Assembly (NCBI GenBank): GCA_965224465.1
Contig: OZ245049.1
Coordinates: 3,870,001-3,902,000, forward strand
Source: Flavobacteriaceae bacterium
GTDB lineage: Bacteria > Bacteroidota > Bacteroidia > Flavobacteriales > Flavobacteriaceae
Direction: 5' to 3'
DNA length: 32,000 bases
The position numbers were made by a program, and so were the translations under genes. The stretch's first letter is position 1; every line of letters begins with the position of its first letter. The notes beneath the pieces are model-generated. The model saw only the letters and a list, made by a program, of their open reading frames with translations. It searched no databases and was not told where the DNA came from. Positions 20,027 through 29,235 of this stretch are shown one piece after another.

Positions 20027-20845
20027 CTATTTCTTACTGATATTTAAAGGTGTTTTTTTCTTTTTTTTACTAAATCCTTGTTGGTTAAAAAGTTCAGATA
20101 GTAATCTGTACAATTCTGGATGTTTTCGTTTGAGTAGTTTTGGGCGTTCAAAAAAGTATTCACCTGCGACAGCGTAAAATTCGATTGCCGAACTGCCTCC
20201 ATAGTTTCTTATATCGGATTTACCCGTGTTTATTTCAGCTATTTTTTTTCTGACAAATTCAATCCATGGAAGGCTTATTTGATTCTCCAAAAGTACTTGA
20301 GGAATTCCGTCTATTGTAAGATCCTCCTTGTCTATCAAATGAATAAACTCGTGAATGGCAACGTTTTGCTTGTCTGTTTTATTCGAAAACCCATGTCGTA
20401 AAGCGGGTTTGGACAATATCATAATATTATTCAAATGCCCTGTTCCTACCATGCCTGTTATGTGTTCCTTGCTTTTCTTGTCTGTAAAATCTAGATTCTG
20501 GGTGAACGATTTTTTGTACAGTAACACTTCTTTTAACGAAGAGTAATTCCATTTTTTAAATCCGAAAATTGGGATAATAGCTCCAGAAGCAATAAGGATT
20601 TGATCTAGTGGTTCTACGCTTGTTTCTATCCCTGTTATTTTTACATCACTTAAGAACTGACTGATGCGAAGCTTAAAAAAATTTTGTTTTTTAGGAGAAA
20701 GTTTGGAATAATACAAAACATTTGTTTCAAGTAAACGGATGTGTAAACTTGATAAAATAAACGGAGTGATAGATTTATTTTTTCTTTTCTTATTGATAAA
20801 GTATAAACCTGCAATAAGTAAAATGATTATTAATGTTGGAAGCAT
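20027..20845 (-). CDS. Zinc-dependent peptidase, MtfA/M90-like
   Basis: 272-aa ORF with an N-terminal TM helix and HEFIHLID (HExxH) followed by E-F-Y-A-V-A-x-E-x-F-F, as in MtfA-type peptidases. Confidence 0.8.
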   Translation of the reverse strand: MLPTLIIILLIAGLYFINKKRKNKSITPFILSSLHIRLLETNVLYYSKLSPKKQNFFKLRISQFLSDVKITGIETSVEPLDQILIASGAIIPIFGFKKWNYSSLKEVLLYKKSFTQNLDFTDKKSKEHITGMVGTGHLNNIMILSKPALRHGFSNKTDKQNVAIHEFIHLIDKEDLTIDGIPQVLLENQISLPWIEFVRKKIAEINTGKSDIRNYGGSSAIEFYAVAGEYFFERPKLLKRKHPELYRLLSELFNQQGFSKKKKKTPLNISKK

Positions 20846-20923
20846 CTGTTGATTTTTGGCTAAAGGTAAATATTTATAAGTTTATAAAAAATGTTATATT
20901 GTGAGCACTAACTAACAGAAATA

Positions 20924-21439
20924 ATGAGAGAAGAACGAAGTAATGTACACTTACGGCCTAGATTTAAAGATGAATTCCCCATTCCGCCGAGTAAATTATT
21001 AGCCAAATTTGAAAAGGCTATCCAACACAGTTCATTTAAATATAAGGGAGTAGTTATCGGAAATCATGTTATTTTAGACATTGCATCTCCCGAAGATCAT
21101 TTTTGGTCACCTCAATTGAATATTACAATCGAAAAAGGACAAGAAAAGGCATGCTTGTTACGTGGACTTTTTGGACCGAAACCTCAAATTTGGACATTTT
21201 TTATGTTTATTCATTTTGCTATCGCGTTTGCTTTTACTGGTTTTGGAATCATGGCATATGTAAAAATGAATTTAGGGAAAACATTTGCATTCCCTTTAAT
21301 TGTATGCTGTGCGATGCCTGTAATTTGGTTGCTGATGTATATGATTGGGCAATTAGGAAAACGAAAAGGACGTTCTCAAATGATTGCTCTCAATAATTTT
21401 ATGAACGAGGTGATTGAAGGGGGACTCCACGAAAAATGA
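20924..21439 (+). CDS. Hypothetical membrane protein
   Basis: 171-aa ORF with a soluble ~85-aa N-terminal part followed by hydrophobic helices (IWTFFMFIHFAIAFAFTGFGIMAY; FAFPLIVCCAMPVIWLLMYMI). No recognisable motif. Confidence 0.6.
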   Translation: MREERSNVHLRPRFKDEFPIPPSKLLAKFEKAIQHSSFKYKGVVIGNHVILDIASPEDHFWSPQLNITIEKGQEKACLLRGLFGPKPQIWTFFMFIHFAIAFAFTGFGIMAYVKMNLGKTFAFPLIVCCAMPVIWLLMYMIGQLGKRKGRSQMIALNNFMNEVIEGGLHEK

Positions 21440-21463
21440 AATAAGGAACACTGATATATCCGT

Positions 21464-22357
21464 TTATTTTTTTGTGTAATACTTTTTTAATTCACGTGCA
21501 ATAAGTAGATGGGCATCTGTTTTTTTAGCGTGATTTATAAAACGTATGTTTAGATGCTTGGTGTTTTTTAAAAGGATACTATCTGTAGGGAATAGTTGGA
21601 TGGCTATTGTTTTAATGGTGCTGTTTTTGATTAAAACTGAATCTACAAGCTGGTTTGTTTTGTAAATATTAATGGAAGCTGGTTTTTTAAATCCCATTTC
21701 CAAGGCTTCTATTTTTAAATAATGTGCCTTCGTTTCTTGCATTGTAATTACTGTGTTTTCAGTAAATATAAGCATAGGAGACATCAGGATCAAATTATAA
21801 AGACCGTGAAATAAAATACTCCATACAAAACCTAGTTTTAAGCGAATGTACCCTAAGGAAATTCCGATAATAAATTGTGGAATTACAAGCAGTGGAGCTA
21901 ACATATAAAATAGGAGTCCAGTGTTTGTGTAGTTGCCAATATGGACAATTGCAAAAATAAGTGCAGAAAGGTAAAAGAAAAAATGAAAATATTTCACCCA
22001 AAAATGCTTGGCAATAGGTGTGTTACTGACCCTGTCTATTGCTCTAAATAGAAAGTTGCGTTTGTATTTTAAGAACAGCCTGAAAATTGTTTCTTCTAAT
22101 ATTGGAACTAGAATAGTAATTAAGAGTAGTATTTCAAAAGGACTTTTATTAGTTAATAATTCCTCGAAATTATCTTGCTTTAAAGGGATAATAGAGTCTA
22201 TAAGACCTATAATCGAGAGGCTGATAAAGACGAGAAATAAATCTAAACCTAAGATCCATCCAACAGTTTTCCATTTTTCTTGAGCTGTCAAGGGTTCGTT
22301 TAAAAAAGCATGTGGCTTTTTTAAATAGCTAAAAAACTGTTGGATAATTGGATGCAA
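21464..22357 (-). CDS. CPBP-family intramembrane glutamic endopeptidase (CAAX protease/Abi-like) with extra C-terminal domain
   Basis: 297-aa ORF with the three CPBP motifs: EETIFRLFL, FAIVHIGN and HGLYN. About 90 further soluble residues follow at the C-terminus. Confidence 0.82.
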   Translation of the reverse strand: MHPIIQQFFSYLKKPHAFLNEPLTAQEKWKTVGWILGLDLFLVFISLSIIGLIDSIIPLKQDNFEELLTNKSPFEILLLITILVPILEETIFRLFLKYKRNFLFRAIDRVSNTPIAKHFWVKYFHFFFYLSALIFAIVHIGNYTNTGLLFYMLAPLLVIPQFIIGISLGYIRLKLGFVWSILFHGLYNLILMSPMLIFTENTVITMQETKAHYLKIEALEMGFKKPASINIYKTNQLVDSVLIKNSTIKTIAIQLFPTDSILLKNTKHLNIRFINHAKKTDAHLLIARELKKYYTKK

Positions 22358-22371
22358 TGGAATTTATTTTT

Positions 22372-23253
22372 TTATTCGTTGTAGCCAAACCTACGTAATT
22401 GTTTGGTATTACTACGCCAATTTTTATTTACTTTTACGTATAATTCTAGGAATACTTTCTTGTCAAAGAATTTTTCTAGGTCTTTTCGTGCTTCGGTACC
22501 TACTCTTTTAATTGCAGAACCTTTGTGTCCAATAATAATTCCTTTTTGAGTGGTGCGCTCTACCATGATCACAGAACGAATTCTGATGATTTTTTCGTCT
22601 TCAAAAAATTCTTCCGTATCAATTTCTACAGCGTATGGAATTTCTTTTTTGTAATGCATTAATATTTTTTCACGAATGGCTTCATTCACAAAAAAACGTT
22701 CAGGCTTATCTGTTAATTGATCCTTTGGGTAAAATGCAGGAGATTCTGGAAGTTTTTCCAAAATAGCATCGAACACACCTTGTACGTTGAAATTTTCTAA
22801 GGCAGAAATTACAAACACCTCTGCATTAGGTACTTTTTCTGACCAATAGGCTAGTTTTTCTTCTACTTCTTCTTGGTTCGATTTGTCTATCTTATTTATC
22901 AATAAGAATACAGGGATTTTAGCATGGGTGATTTTATTGAAAAAAGTTTCGTCTTTCAATTCTTTTTCTCCCATTTCTACCATGTAAATTAAGATGTCCG
23001 CGTCATCAAAGGCTGATTTCACAAAGTTCATCATTGATTCTTGCAGCTCATACGCTGGTTTAATGATTCCTGGAGTGTCCGAAAACAGTATTTGAAAGTC
23101 ATCTCCGTTCACAATTCCCAAGATCCGATGCCTAGTTGTTTGTGCTTTAGAGGTGATTATGGACATACGTTCGCCCACTAATGCGTTCATTAATGTTGAT
23201 TTTCCTACGTTTGGATTTCCTATGATGTTTACAAAACCTGCTTTATGCTTCAT
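22372..23253 (-). CDS. era: GTPase Era
   Basis: 293-aa ORF with GNPNVGKST, DTPG, NKID and a C-terminal KH domain (VIMVERTTQKGIIIGHKGSAIKRVG). Confidence 0.97.
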   Translation of the reverse strand: MKHKAGFVNIIGNPNVGKSTLMNALVGERMSIITSKAQTTRHRILGIVNGDDFQILFSDTPGIIKPAYELQESMMNFVKSAFDDADILIYMVEMGEKELKDETFFNKITHAKIPVFLLINKIDKSNQEEVEEKLAYWSEKVPNAEVFVISALENFNVQGVFDAILEKLPESPAFYPKDQLTDKPERFFVNEAIREKILMHYKKEIPYAVEIDTEEFFEDEKIIRIRSVIMVERTTQKGIIIGHKGSAIKRVGTEARKDLEKFFDKKVFLELYVKVNKNWRSNTKQLRRFGYNE

Positions 23254-23270
23254 TTTCAGTATTTAAAATG

Positions 23271-23278
23271 CAAAGATA
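23271..23278 (-). promoter_or_regulatory. -7 promoter box (TATCTTTG on minus strand) for era
   Basis: caaagata on the plus strand, 18 nt upstream of the era start. Confidence 0.45.
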
Positions 23279-23342
23279 CTATTTATTCAAATTTTAATGA
23301 CGAAAAAAAATAAAAAATGGCATTAGAATTAAATAAAGGTTG

Positions 23343-23350
23343 TACCTTTG
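23343..23350 (+). promoter_or_regulatory. -7 promoter box (TACCTTTG) for the tRNA
   Basis: Matches TAnnTTTG and ends 10 nt before the first tRNA nucleotide. Confidence 0.5.
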
Positions 23351-23360
23351 CAACCGAAAT

Positions 23361-23433
<73 letters not shown>

Positions 23434-23442
23434 CTAAGCGGA

Positions 23443-23474
23443 AAGCTTCATCATAAAGATGGAGCTTTTTTTTT
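23443..23474 (+). terminator. Rho-independent terminator after the tRNA
   Basis: Stem agcttcatc / gatggagct (one G-U pair) followed by a 9-nt T-run. Confidence 0.7.
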
Positions 23475-23677
23475 GTCCATTATTTGCCTTTATAATAATC
23501 GAAGCTATCATCCCTTTTTTTTTATTCCTCTTGATTCATTTTTTACGCACCTATATTTTTTTTACGGGTATTTGTAGGTACTTCGCTCCTCTAAATAATA
23601 AATAAAATAAAAGGTTTTTAAGATGTGGTTTTTTAGGTGAAAAACACTTATTAAAAACCATGCTCAAAAATGCGCAT

Positions 23678-23730
23678 TATACCAACTTCATTTCCAGGTG
23701 ACAGTTTGTAAATGGAATTATTTTTTATTC
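23678..23730 (+). repeat. Hairpin repeat, left arm only (outer copy, 5' part)
   Basis: tataccaacttcatttccaggtgacagtttgtaaatggaattattttttattc stops where the central module would begin. Confidence 0.75.
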
Positions 23731-23891
23731 TACCAATTAAATTTCCAAGTGACGGTTTAGAAATAGAATTACTTTTTTGTTCTAGCTAGGCGGAAAATGG
23801 AAGGATAGCCTTAGCTATCGTTCTGTTTTTCAACAACGCTAGCACGTAAAATAGACTATTTATATCTGTCATTTTGGATTTTAATTGGTAG
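23731..23891 (+). repeat. Hairpin repeat, full long form (inner copy)
   Basis: taccaattaaatttccaagtgacggtttagaaatag...gctaggcggaaaatggaaggatagccttagctatcg...cgctagcacgt...tatctgtcattttggattttaattggtag. Confidence 0.85.
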
Positions 23892-24001
23892 TATAGCTAG
23901 GCGAAAAATCTTAGGGTAGCCATTAGCGATCGTTCTATTTCTATCAACGCTAGAACATATAATAAACTATTTAGATCTGTTATTTTGTATTGTAGTTGGT
24001 T
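23892..24001 (+). repeat. Hairpin repeat, central module plus right arm (outer copy, 3' part)
   Basis: tatagctaggcgaaaaatcttagggtagccattagcgatcg...cgctagaacat...atctgttattttgtattgtagttggtt. Joined to 23678-23730 it reconstitutes a full long-form copy. Confidence 0.75.
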
Positions 24002-24351
24002 GTACGTAACGAATTATAGTTTTAAGCGATAAAAACAGCTCCTAAAAAGTATCTAGTTCTGAATTATATTTTTTCCATGCATTGCCATCTTAAGGTAACG
24101 GTTTTTAAGGAGTACAAAAAAAGGAAAACACAACCAAATAATAATTATCGCATATAACTATTTTACGTACATTTGAAAAATGCTTTAGGTATGTGCAGAT
24201 AAATACTAATACCCAAATGCTACAACATCCCACGCAATAGAATGCACCATCATATTTGGGGCTGCTATTGTGGGAGCATGAGTGTTCTAGGTAATTTGAC
24301 TCACTCAAAATGTATAAACGAAACAGAAAACCAACTAGAAAATAGAAAATT

Positions 24352-25050
24352 ATGGCAGGAAAACCAGCAGCAACTGTAGGAAGTAATCATTCTTGCCCAA
24401 TGTGTAGTGGTATTACGCCGCACGTTGGTGGTCCGATTACTCAAGGCTCTCCAGATGTTTTTATTAATGATAAACCAGTGGCTCGTATCGGGGATATATG
24501 TACTTGTAATGGAGGTCCAGATACCATTGTGACAGGGAATTCAACCGTGTTAATTAATGGATTACCTATTGCTTGTGTAGGTGATCAAACTTCTCACGGG
24601 GCTGTTATAATTTCGGGCTCTTCTAACGTTATTATCGGAAGTAGAACCTCTAAGCCTGCAACCGCAGTGATGGCAGTAAAAAAAATACCTTTCCCTAAAA
24701 TCACATTTATAAACAGAGTTTTGGGTAATGCAAAAGAAGCGATTGTGAATCAGCAAGCCATAAGAGAATTAGCAGAAAACACAGAAGGCGAACCTAGAGT
24801 GTACAATTTACGTTGGCGTAGAGAAGAAACCATTATACGAGATCGTAAAATTTTTAATATGGTGATTTTAACTGCTGACGTAATTAATATCCCTGACGGT
24901 CAGGCAGCTACTGTCAAAGTATTAAAGCCTTCGAGCAACGGAAATGAAGAAGATCAAGTTGTTGAACTTACAGGAACTGTTAAAAATAAAAGAATTACCG
25001 TAGAATGGGAATTGGAAGACGCGAGTGCTAACGAAAACAGCAATAACTAA
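24352..25050 (+). CDS. PAAR-domain protein with ~130-aa C-terminal extension
   Basis: 232-aa ORF whose first ~98 aa carry three PAAR-type repeats (KPAATVGS, KPVARIGD, LPIACVGD) with Cys/His (HSCPMC, CTC, SHG). The remainder has no recognisable motif. Confidence 0.88.
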   Translation: MAGKPAATVGSNHSCPMCSGITPHVGGPITQGSPDVFINDKPVARIGDICTCNGGPDTIVTGNSTVLINGLPIACVGDQTSHGAVIISGSSNVIIGSRTSKPATAVMAVKKIPFPKITFINRVLGNAKEAIVNQQAIRELAENTEGEPRVYNLRWRREETIIRDRKIFNMVILTADVINIPDGQAATVKVLKPSSNGNEEDQVVELTGTVKNKRITVEWELEDASANENSNN

Positions 25051-25053
25051 ACT

Positions 25054-28000
25054 ATGGAAAGAAACAAGGCTCTCGAAACTTACCAAAAAGAAGCTTACAA
25101 TCAAGATCTAGCTACCTATACTTTTACAGTAGAAGTAGCAGGGAAGACATCTGATGAACGAGCAGAATTAAAAGTGAAAAAACCAGGTATTAATTTACAC
25201 TTTTTAAGGTATGGTATTTTTAGTCCACGATGGTATTATAAAACATCTTTTATTGATGTACATGCTCCAAATCTAAGTAAACCCTACGAACCTTTTCCCG
25301 TAGATAATGATCCTGAACTTATAAACCCCAACGACCCCATAGAACTTGATGAGGTTTTTGTAACAGCTGAAAGAAAAGTTCCTGCTCCATCAAGTAAAGC
25401 AAGTAAACTAAATACAGCACAGTATCGAATTACAGGAATCAATGAAGGTTATATTTATGTTCACGAAGAAGGTAAAGAAAACTTTTGGTTAGAATTTGCT
25501 GTAGATATTTATGGTTTTTTGCATCCTATTTTATGGGAACAAAATATAAATAAAGATGGAACATATAAAGATATAAGAGAGAAAATAAGTGATAAAAATC
25601 TTACCTCATACATCATAAAGGAAGGTGCAAAAATATGGGTTACATTATCTCAATCTCAATTGTCTACAAAACAATTACAAGAATATGCTAATAATCCAGA
25701 TAATTTTGATAGGCTACAATCCTTAACTTGTAATCCCATTGAAAAAATATCTGATTTAACAGAACGTAAAGAAAAATGCTATAGGTCCTTTAAAGAATTT
25801 ACTGCCTCATATACTGTTTATGAAGAAGACAATGCTAAAATATTACAATCTAGATTAGAACATATTTCAAAATTAGAATATCCTGAAAATAGAGAAGAAG
25901 AAGATGCTACCTTTGAAGACCTGTTTATTCTTTTAGAAGACCCCGTACAGTGTGCTAATGATTTAGCTACCGTTATTGATGGAGAAATGGCATGGTTAAA
26001 AGCTTTGAAGGATACTTTAAAAATAGGGAAATCTGCTTATGACGTGTATGATAAATTAATGAAGTTACCTGTTTATAATAATAGTACTATTAAAGTATCG
26101 CCAGAAGAAGCCGAAGAAATTAGCTATATTTTTGCATTAGCACTTACTACCTATAAGTTTATTTATGATAATGAAGAATTAAAAGACGATTTTAGTCGAA
26201 AACATGGTGAATGGTATTTAAATCGTGGCATAGATGACGAAAAACTAGACAAAATATTAGGGATTACACAGCGTAAAAATCAGCGTTGCCTAATCAATAA
26301 ATTGCGTGATGATTTAGGTAATTTTTTGAAAAGTGAGTATTATAACACTGCACTTAATGACTTTAAGCAAGGGTCATACCCAATGAAAGAAAGTGGTAAA
26401 GATATTATTGCTGGTCATTTAGGAACACTAGTAGTACACCCTACTATGGTAGATAGGCATTTATTGCTAACCAGTGAATACAAACCCTACGAAGATAAAT
26501 GGATAAAACAAGTACGTAAAACCATTACAGGGAATAGTGATTTTACAGCAATAAATGAACTTTTAAATATCCGTATTCCTATTAATGAGGTTGAACAACA
26601 AGATAGCAATGCTAATATTTATGCAGTCAAATTTTGTAAAAAATTCTTAAGCCATTTTGGTAAAATGACCAAAGCGTACATTGGGGTTGGCGCATTAAGT
26701 GCTACCGAAATTAAATTGGTAGACACTAAAGTAAACTATTTAAATTCCATTTCTAAAGGTGGAAAAGAAGGTCCTTTTTTTAAGATAAACCGCAAAGATT
26801 TTTTAAGAACTGCTGGTTTTGAAAAATATAAAAAGTACAGAAGTAGCAGTCACAACCACTTTACTAAAACCTATGCTTTTTTAAAAATACATGAAGAGGT
26901 ATTAAAAGAAAGTAAAGATATTGCACGTAGAACAGGTTTGGGAAAAGAAACTTCCATTGTGGTACAAGGGCGTGATCGTTTGAAGTTTTCTAAACAGCTA
27001 GAAAAAATGGTGCAAAGCCCTGAGTATAAATCGGCAGTACTCGTTTTTGAAATTTGGGCGCTTATCTCTTCTGTAGAGAAAGGAAATAAAAATGGATGGG
27101 GTTTAAATTCGAAAATAAGCCTTGGAGGAGCAATTGTAAAAACTACTGCGTCGAGTTTGAAGCTAGTTGAAGAATTTGATAAAATAAGAGGAATACAAAG
27201 AACCGATTTATTTAAAACTACAACTAAATATTTTAGTGTGGCAGGTTCCGCTTTTACAGTCTATTCAGCAACCAAAGATATGGTAAAAGCAATAAATGTC
27301 AATGATAATGATGCTGCATTGGCTTATAGTGTAGCTGCAGGGATTAGTGGGTGTTTATTAGCGGCAGAATTAGGCATTATAGCTCTTTCTACAGGGCCAT
27401 TTATTGTAGTAGCAGGTATTGGGATGCTGGTCTATGGTTTAGCTTATTATTTAACCGATAGTGATTTGGAACAATTTTTTAAGCATTACCCTTTTAGTAC
27501 CCAAATGACACATGCTACTACAAGTGATAATCCTTTTTTGTATGCGCGTGCAATGTATAAGCAACGTGATATACTTATTAAACGTTGGGAGTCTAAATAT
27601 ATGGATAGTAATAATAATACATACAAGCATCTTTTTGTAAGACTCACTAATTTATTAGCTGGAGGTATGCTTAAAATAGAAGGTAGTTCAAATCCACACT
27701 CTAAAAATGATAGAGGACATTATTTAAGTGAATCCGGGAGAAATAATGGAATTGTTCCAAATTCAGAGCTTTGGATTTCTATGGATATCCAAATCTCTTT
27801 TGCATCCTTTTTGCAAAACCAAAATCAAATTGAATATGAAGTGTACTTACTACAGAAAAAAGACCTTTTTTCTAAAACCATAAGTTACCGTATTCCCAAT
27901 AGAAAATTACAACCCTTTATGATAAAAAAAGATAATGGGACGCAACAACTGCAATTATGGTTACAAATCCCTAGATACTTAGAAGTTAAAGTTACAACAC

Positions 28001-28287
28001 CTGTAAAACAATCTGCCAATATTTCGGTTATGCTACAACAAACCCGTAAAACTACTAAAAAAGTAACTATACAACCAGATGCGAAAATTGCAGTATTGTG
28101 CAAATTTAAAGGGAATACAGAAACAATTTTCCCTTTAACACTAGACGATAAACACGGATATTTATACACCGCTATGCAAATAGGACAACGTAATGGTGAT
28201 GGTTATTTAATCCGTCGTTCTTTTGATGCCATGATTATTAAAAAAGAAGCCTTTTTAAATGCCTACCCACTTCAAAACCCTAAGTAA
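25054..28287 (+). CDS. Large putative T6SS-delivered effector, predicted membrane-targeting; function unknown
   Basis: 1077-aa ORF starting 3 nt after the PAAR stop. Hydrophobic helices cluster at aa ~660-800, including AALAYSVAAGISGCLLAAELGIIALSTGPFIVVAGIGMLVYGLAYYL. I could find no nuclease, lipase (GxSxG), peptidase or glycosidase motif. The N-terminal YRITGINEGYIYVHEEG...WLEF segment is reminiscent of VasX/BTH_I2691-class effectors, from memory and unverified. Confidence 0.75.
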   Translation: MERNKALETYQKEAYNQDLATYTFTVEVAGKTSDERAELKVKKPGINLHFLRYGIFSPRWYYKTSFIDVHAPNLSKPYEPFPVDNDPELINPNDPIELDEVFVTAERKVPAPSSKASKLNTAQYRITGINEGYIYVHEEGKENFWLEFAVDIYGFLHPILWEQNINKDGTYKDIREKISDKNLTSYIIKEGAKIWVTLSQSQLSTKQLQEYANNPDNFDRLQSLTCNPIEKISDLTERKEKCYRSFKEFTASYTVYEEDNAKILQSRLEHISKLEYPENREEEDATFEDLFILLEDPVQCANDLATVIDGEMAWLKALKDTLKIGKSAYDVYDKLMKLPVYNNSTIKVSPEEAEEISYIFALALTTYKFIYDNEELKDDFSRKHGEWYLNRGIDDEKLDKILGITQRKNQRCLINKLRDDLGNFLKSEYYNTALNDFKQGSYPMKESGKDIIAGHLGTLVVHPTMVDRHLLLTSEYKPYEDKWIKQVRKTITGNSDFTAINELLNIRIPINEVEQQDSNANIYAVKFCKKFLSHFGKMTKAYIGVGALSATEIKLVDTKVNYLNSISKGGKEGPFFKINRKDFLRTAGFEKYKKYRSSSHNHFTKTYAFLKIHEEVLKESKDIARRTGLGKETSIVVQGRDRLKFSKQLEKMVQSPEYKSAVLVFEIWALISSVEKGNKNGWGLNSKISLGGAIVKTTASSLKLVEEFDKIRGIQRTDLFKTTTKYFSVAGSAFTVYSATKDMVKAINVNDNDAALAYSVAAGISGCLLAAELGIIALSTGPFIVVAGIGMLVYGLAYYLTDSDLEQFFKHYPFSTQMTHATTSDNPFLYARAMYKQRDILIKRWESKYMDSNNNTYKHLFVRLTNLLAGGMLKIEGSSNPHSKNDRGHYLSESGRNNGIVPNSELWISMDIQISFASFLQNQNQIEYEVYLLQKKDLFSKTISYRIPNRKLQPFMIKKDNGTQQLQLWLQIPRYLEVKVTTPVKQSANISVMLQQTRKTTKKVTIQPDAKIAVLCKFKGNTETIFPLTLDDKHGYLYTAMQIGQRNGDGYLIRRSFDAMIIKKEAFLNAYPLQNPK

Positions 28288-29018
28288 TGAGTGATTTTTG
28301 GAAAAATAAACCTTTAGAAAAGGAGATACGTCATCAAATAGAGTATCACCAAATAAAACAAGAACGAATAAAGCCTAGTAAACGTTTAAATATACAAGAA
28401 GCAAATGACCTATTTTTTGTTAGGAATGTATCTAGTAATATGGGCTATGCCAAGATAAATTTTTTAACAGGTGTAGGTATTAATTTTATTATTATATTAG
28501 TTTCTCTAGGAAATGAAAAAGATGACCTTTTTGAGAATATAGGCTTAGGACTACTACCTTTCTTATTAATAAGCCTTATTTTTCTAATCATACATTTTAT
28601 GGCGCCAATAAAAGAAATAATATTAGACCGTTTACATGGCAAAATAACGTATCCTCGTTTGTTTGGTAATAAAGAACATCGTACCATACAATTTGATTCG
28701 TTGCACGTGTATGCTACTATGACCACCACTGGTGATTTTGCTGCGACAGGAAAAACAATACGTATTAAAGACAGAAAGTACAGTTATACGTGGGATTTAG
28801 AAAGTAGTAATCCAGATGAATATTGGAGTTTTATGGTGTGGTATATGGATAGGAACAGACCATTGCCTCCTGGTACTGCTTTTGATGCGTATAGGAAAAA
28901 GGACTTTGAGCGCAGAAAAACCGCTGGATTTCCTAAGCCTTTATATCCAAGCAATATAGCAACACCTGAATTTACCAAATCGCAACAAAAAGAACGGAAA
29001 TTAATTGGAGGATGGTAA
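28287..29018 (+). CDS. Putative cognate immunity protein, two-TM (paralog 1)
   Basis: 243-aa ORF whose ATG overlaps the effector stop (TAATG). Two hydrophobic helices sit at aa ~58-75 and ~85-105. The conserved C-terminal ~135 aa has no recognised motif. The immunity role is inferred from position only. Confidence 0.7.
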   Translation: MSDFWKNKPLEKEIRHQIEYHQIKQERIKPSKRLNIQEANDLFFVRNVSSNMGYAKINFLTGVGINFIIILVSLGNEKDDLFENIGLGLLPFLLISLIFLIIHFMAPIKEIILDRLHGKITYPRLFGNKEHRTIQFDSLHVYATMTTTGDFAATGKTIRIKDRKYSYTWDLESSNPDEYWSFMVWYMDRNRPLPPGTAFDAYRKKDFERRKTAGFPKPLYPSNIATPEFTKSQQKERKLIGGW

Positions 29019-29027
29019 TAAAATCGC

Positions 29028-29235
29028 ATGCAAAAATTGCCGTATTATGTAAGTTTAAAGGAAATACAGAAACTATTTTTCCTTTAACATTAGACGATAA
29101 GCAGGGTATTTATACACCGCTATGCAAATAGAACAACGCAATGGTGATGGTTATTTAATTCGTCGTTCTTTTGATGCCATGATTGTCAAAAAAACAGCCT
29201 TTTTAAATGCCTACCCACTTCAAAACCCAGAATAA
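29028..29235 (+). pseudogene. Orphan effector 3' fragment, frameshifted
   Basis: Homologous to 28078-28287 (last ~70 codons of the effector). A 1-nt deletion (gataagcagggtattt versus gatgagcacgggtattt in the next unit) breaks the frame. Confidence 0.8.

Noticed and set aside
21103-21396. 97-aa plus-strand ORF overlapping ORF 20924-21439
   Set aside because: It is an alternative frame of a longer ORF whose translation has coherent TM helices. The 97-aa translation is Cys/Trp/Phe-rich noise.
24168-24175. TACATTTG -7-like box 177 nt upstream of the PAAR ATG as the island promoter
   Set aside because: It matches TAnnTTTG, but it is far from the start codon and has no convincing -33 TTG. It cannot be distinguished from a chance occurrence in AT-rich DNA.
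24105-24308. 67-aa minus-strand ORF upstream of the PAAR gene
   Set aside because: Cys-rich, low-complexity translation with no motif. It points away from the island inside what is more likely the island promoter/leader region.
28784-29029. 81-aa minus-strand ORFs recurring at 28784-29029, 29732-29977 and 31806-32000
   Set aside because: They are antisense to the conserved C-terminal part of the immunity paralogs and recur only because that DNA is repeated. The sense frame gives the longer, coherent protein with start/stop coupling to its neighbours.
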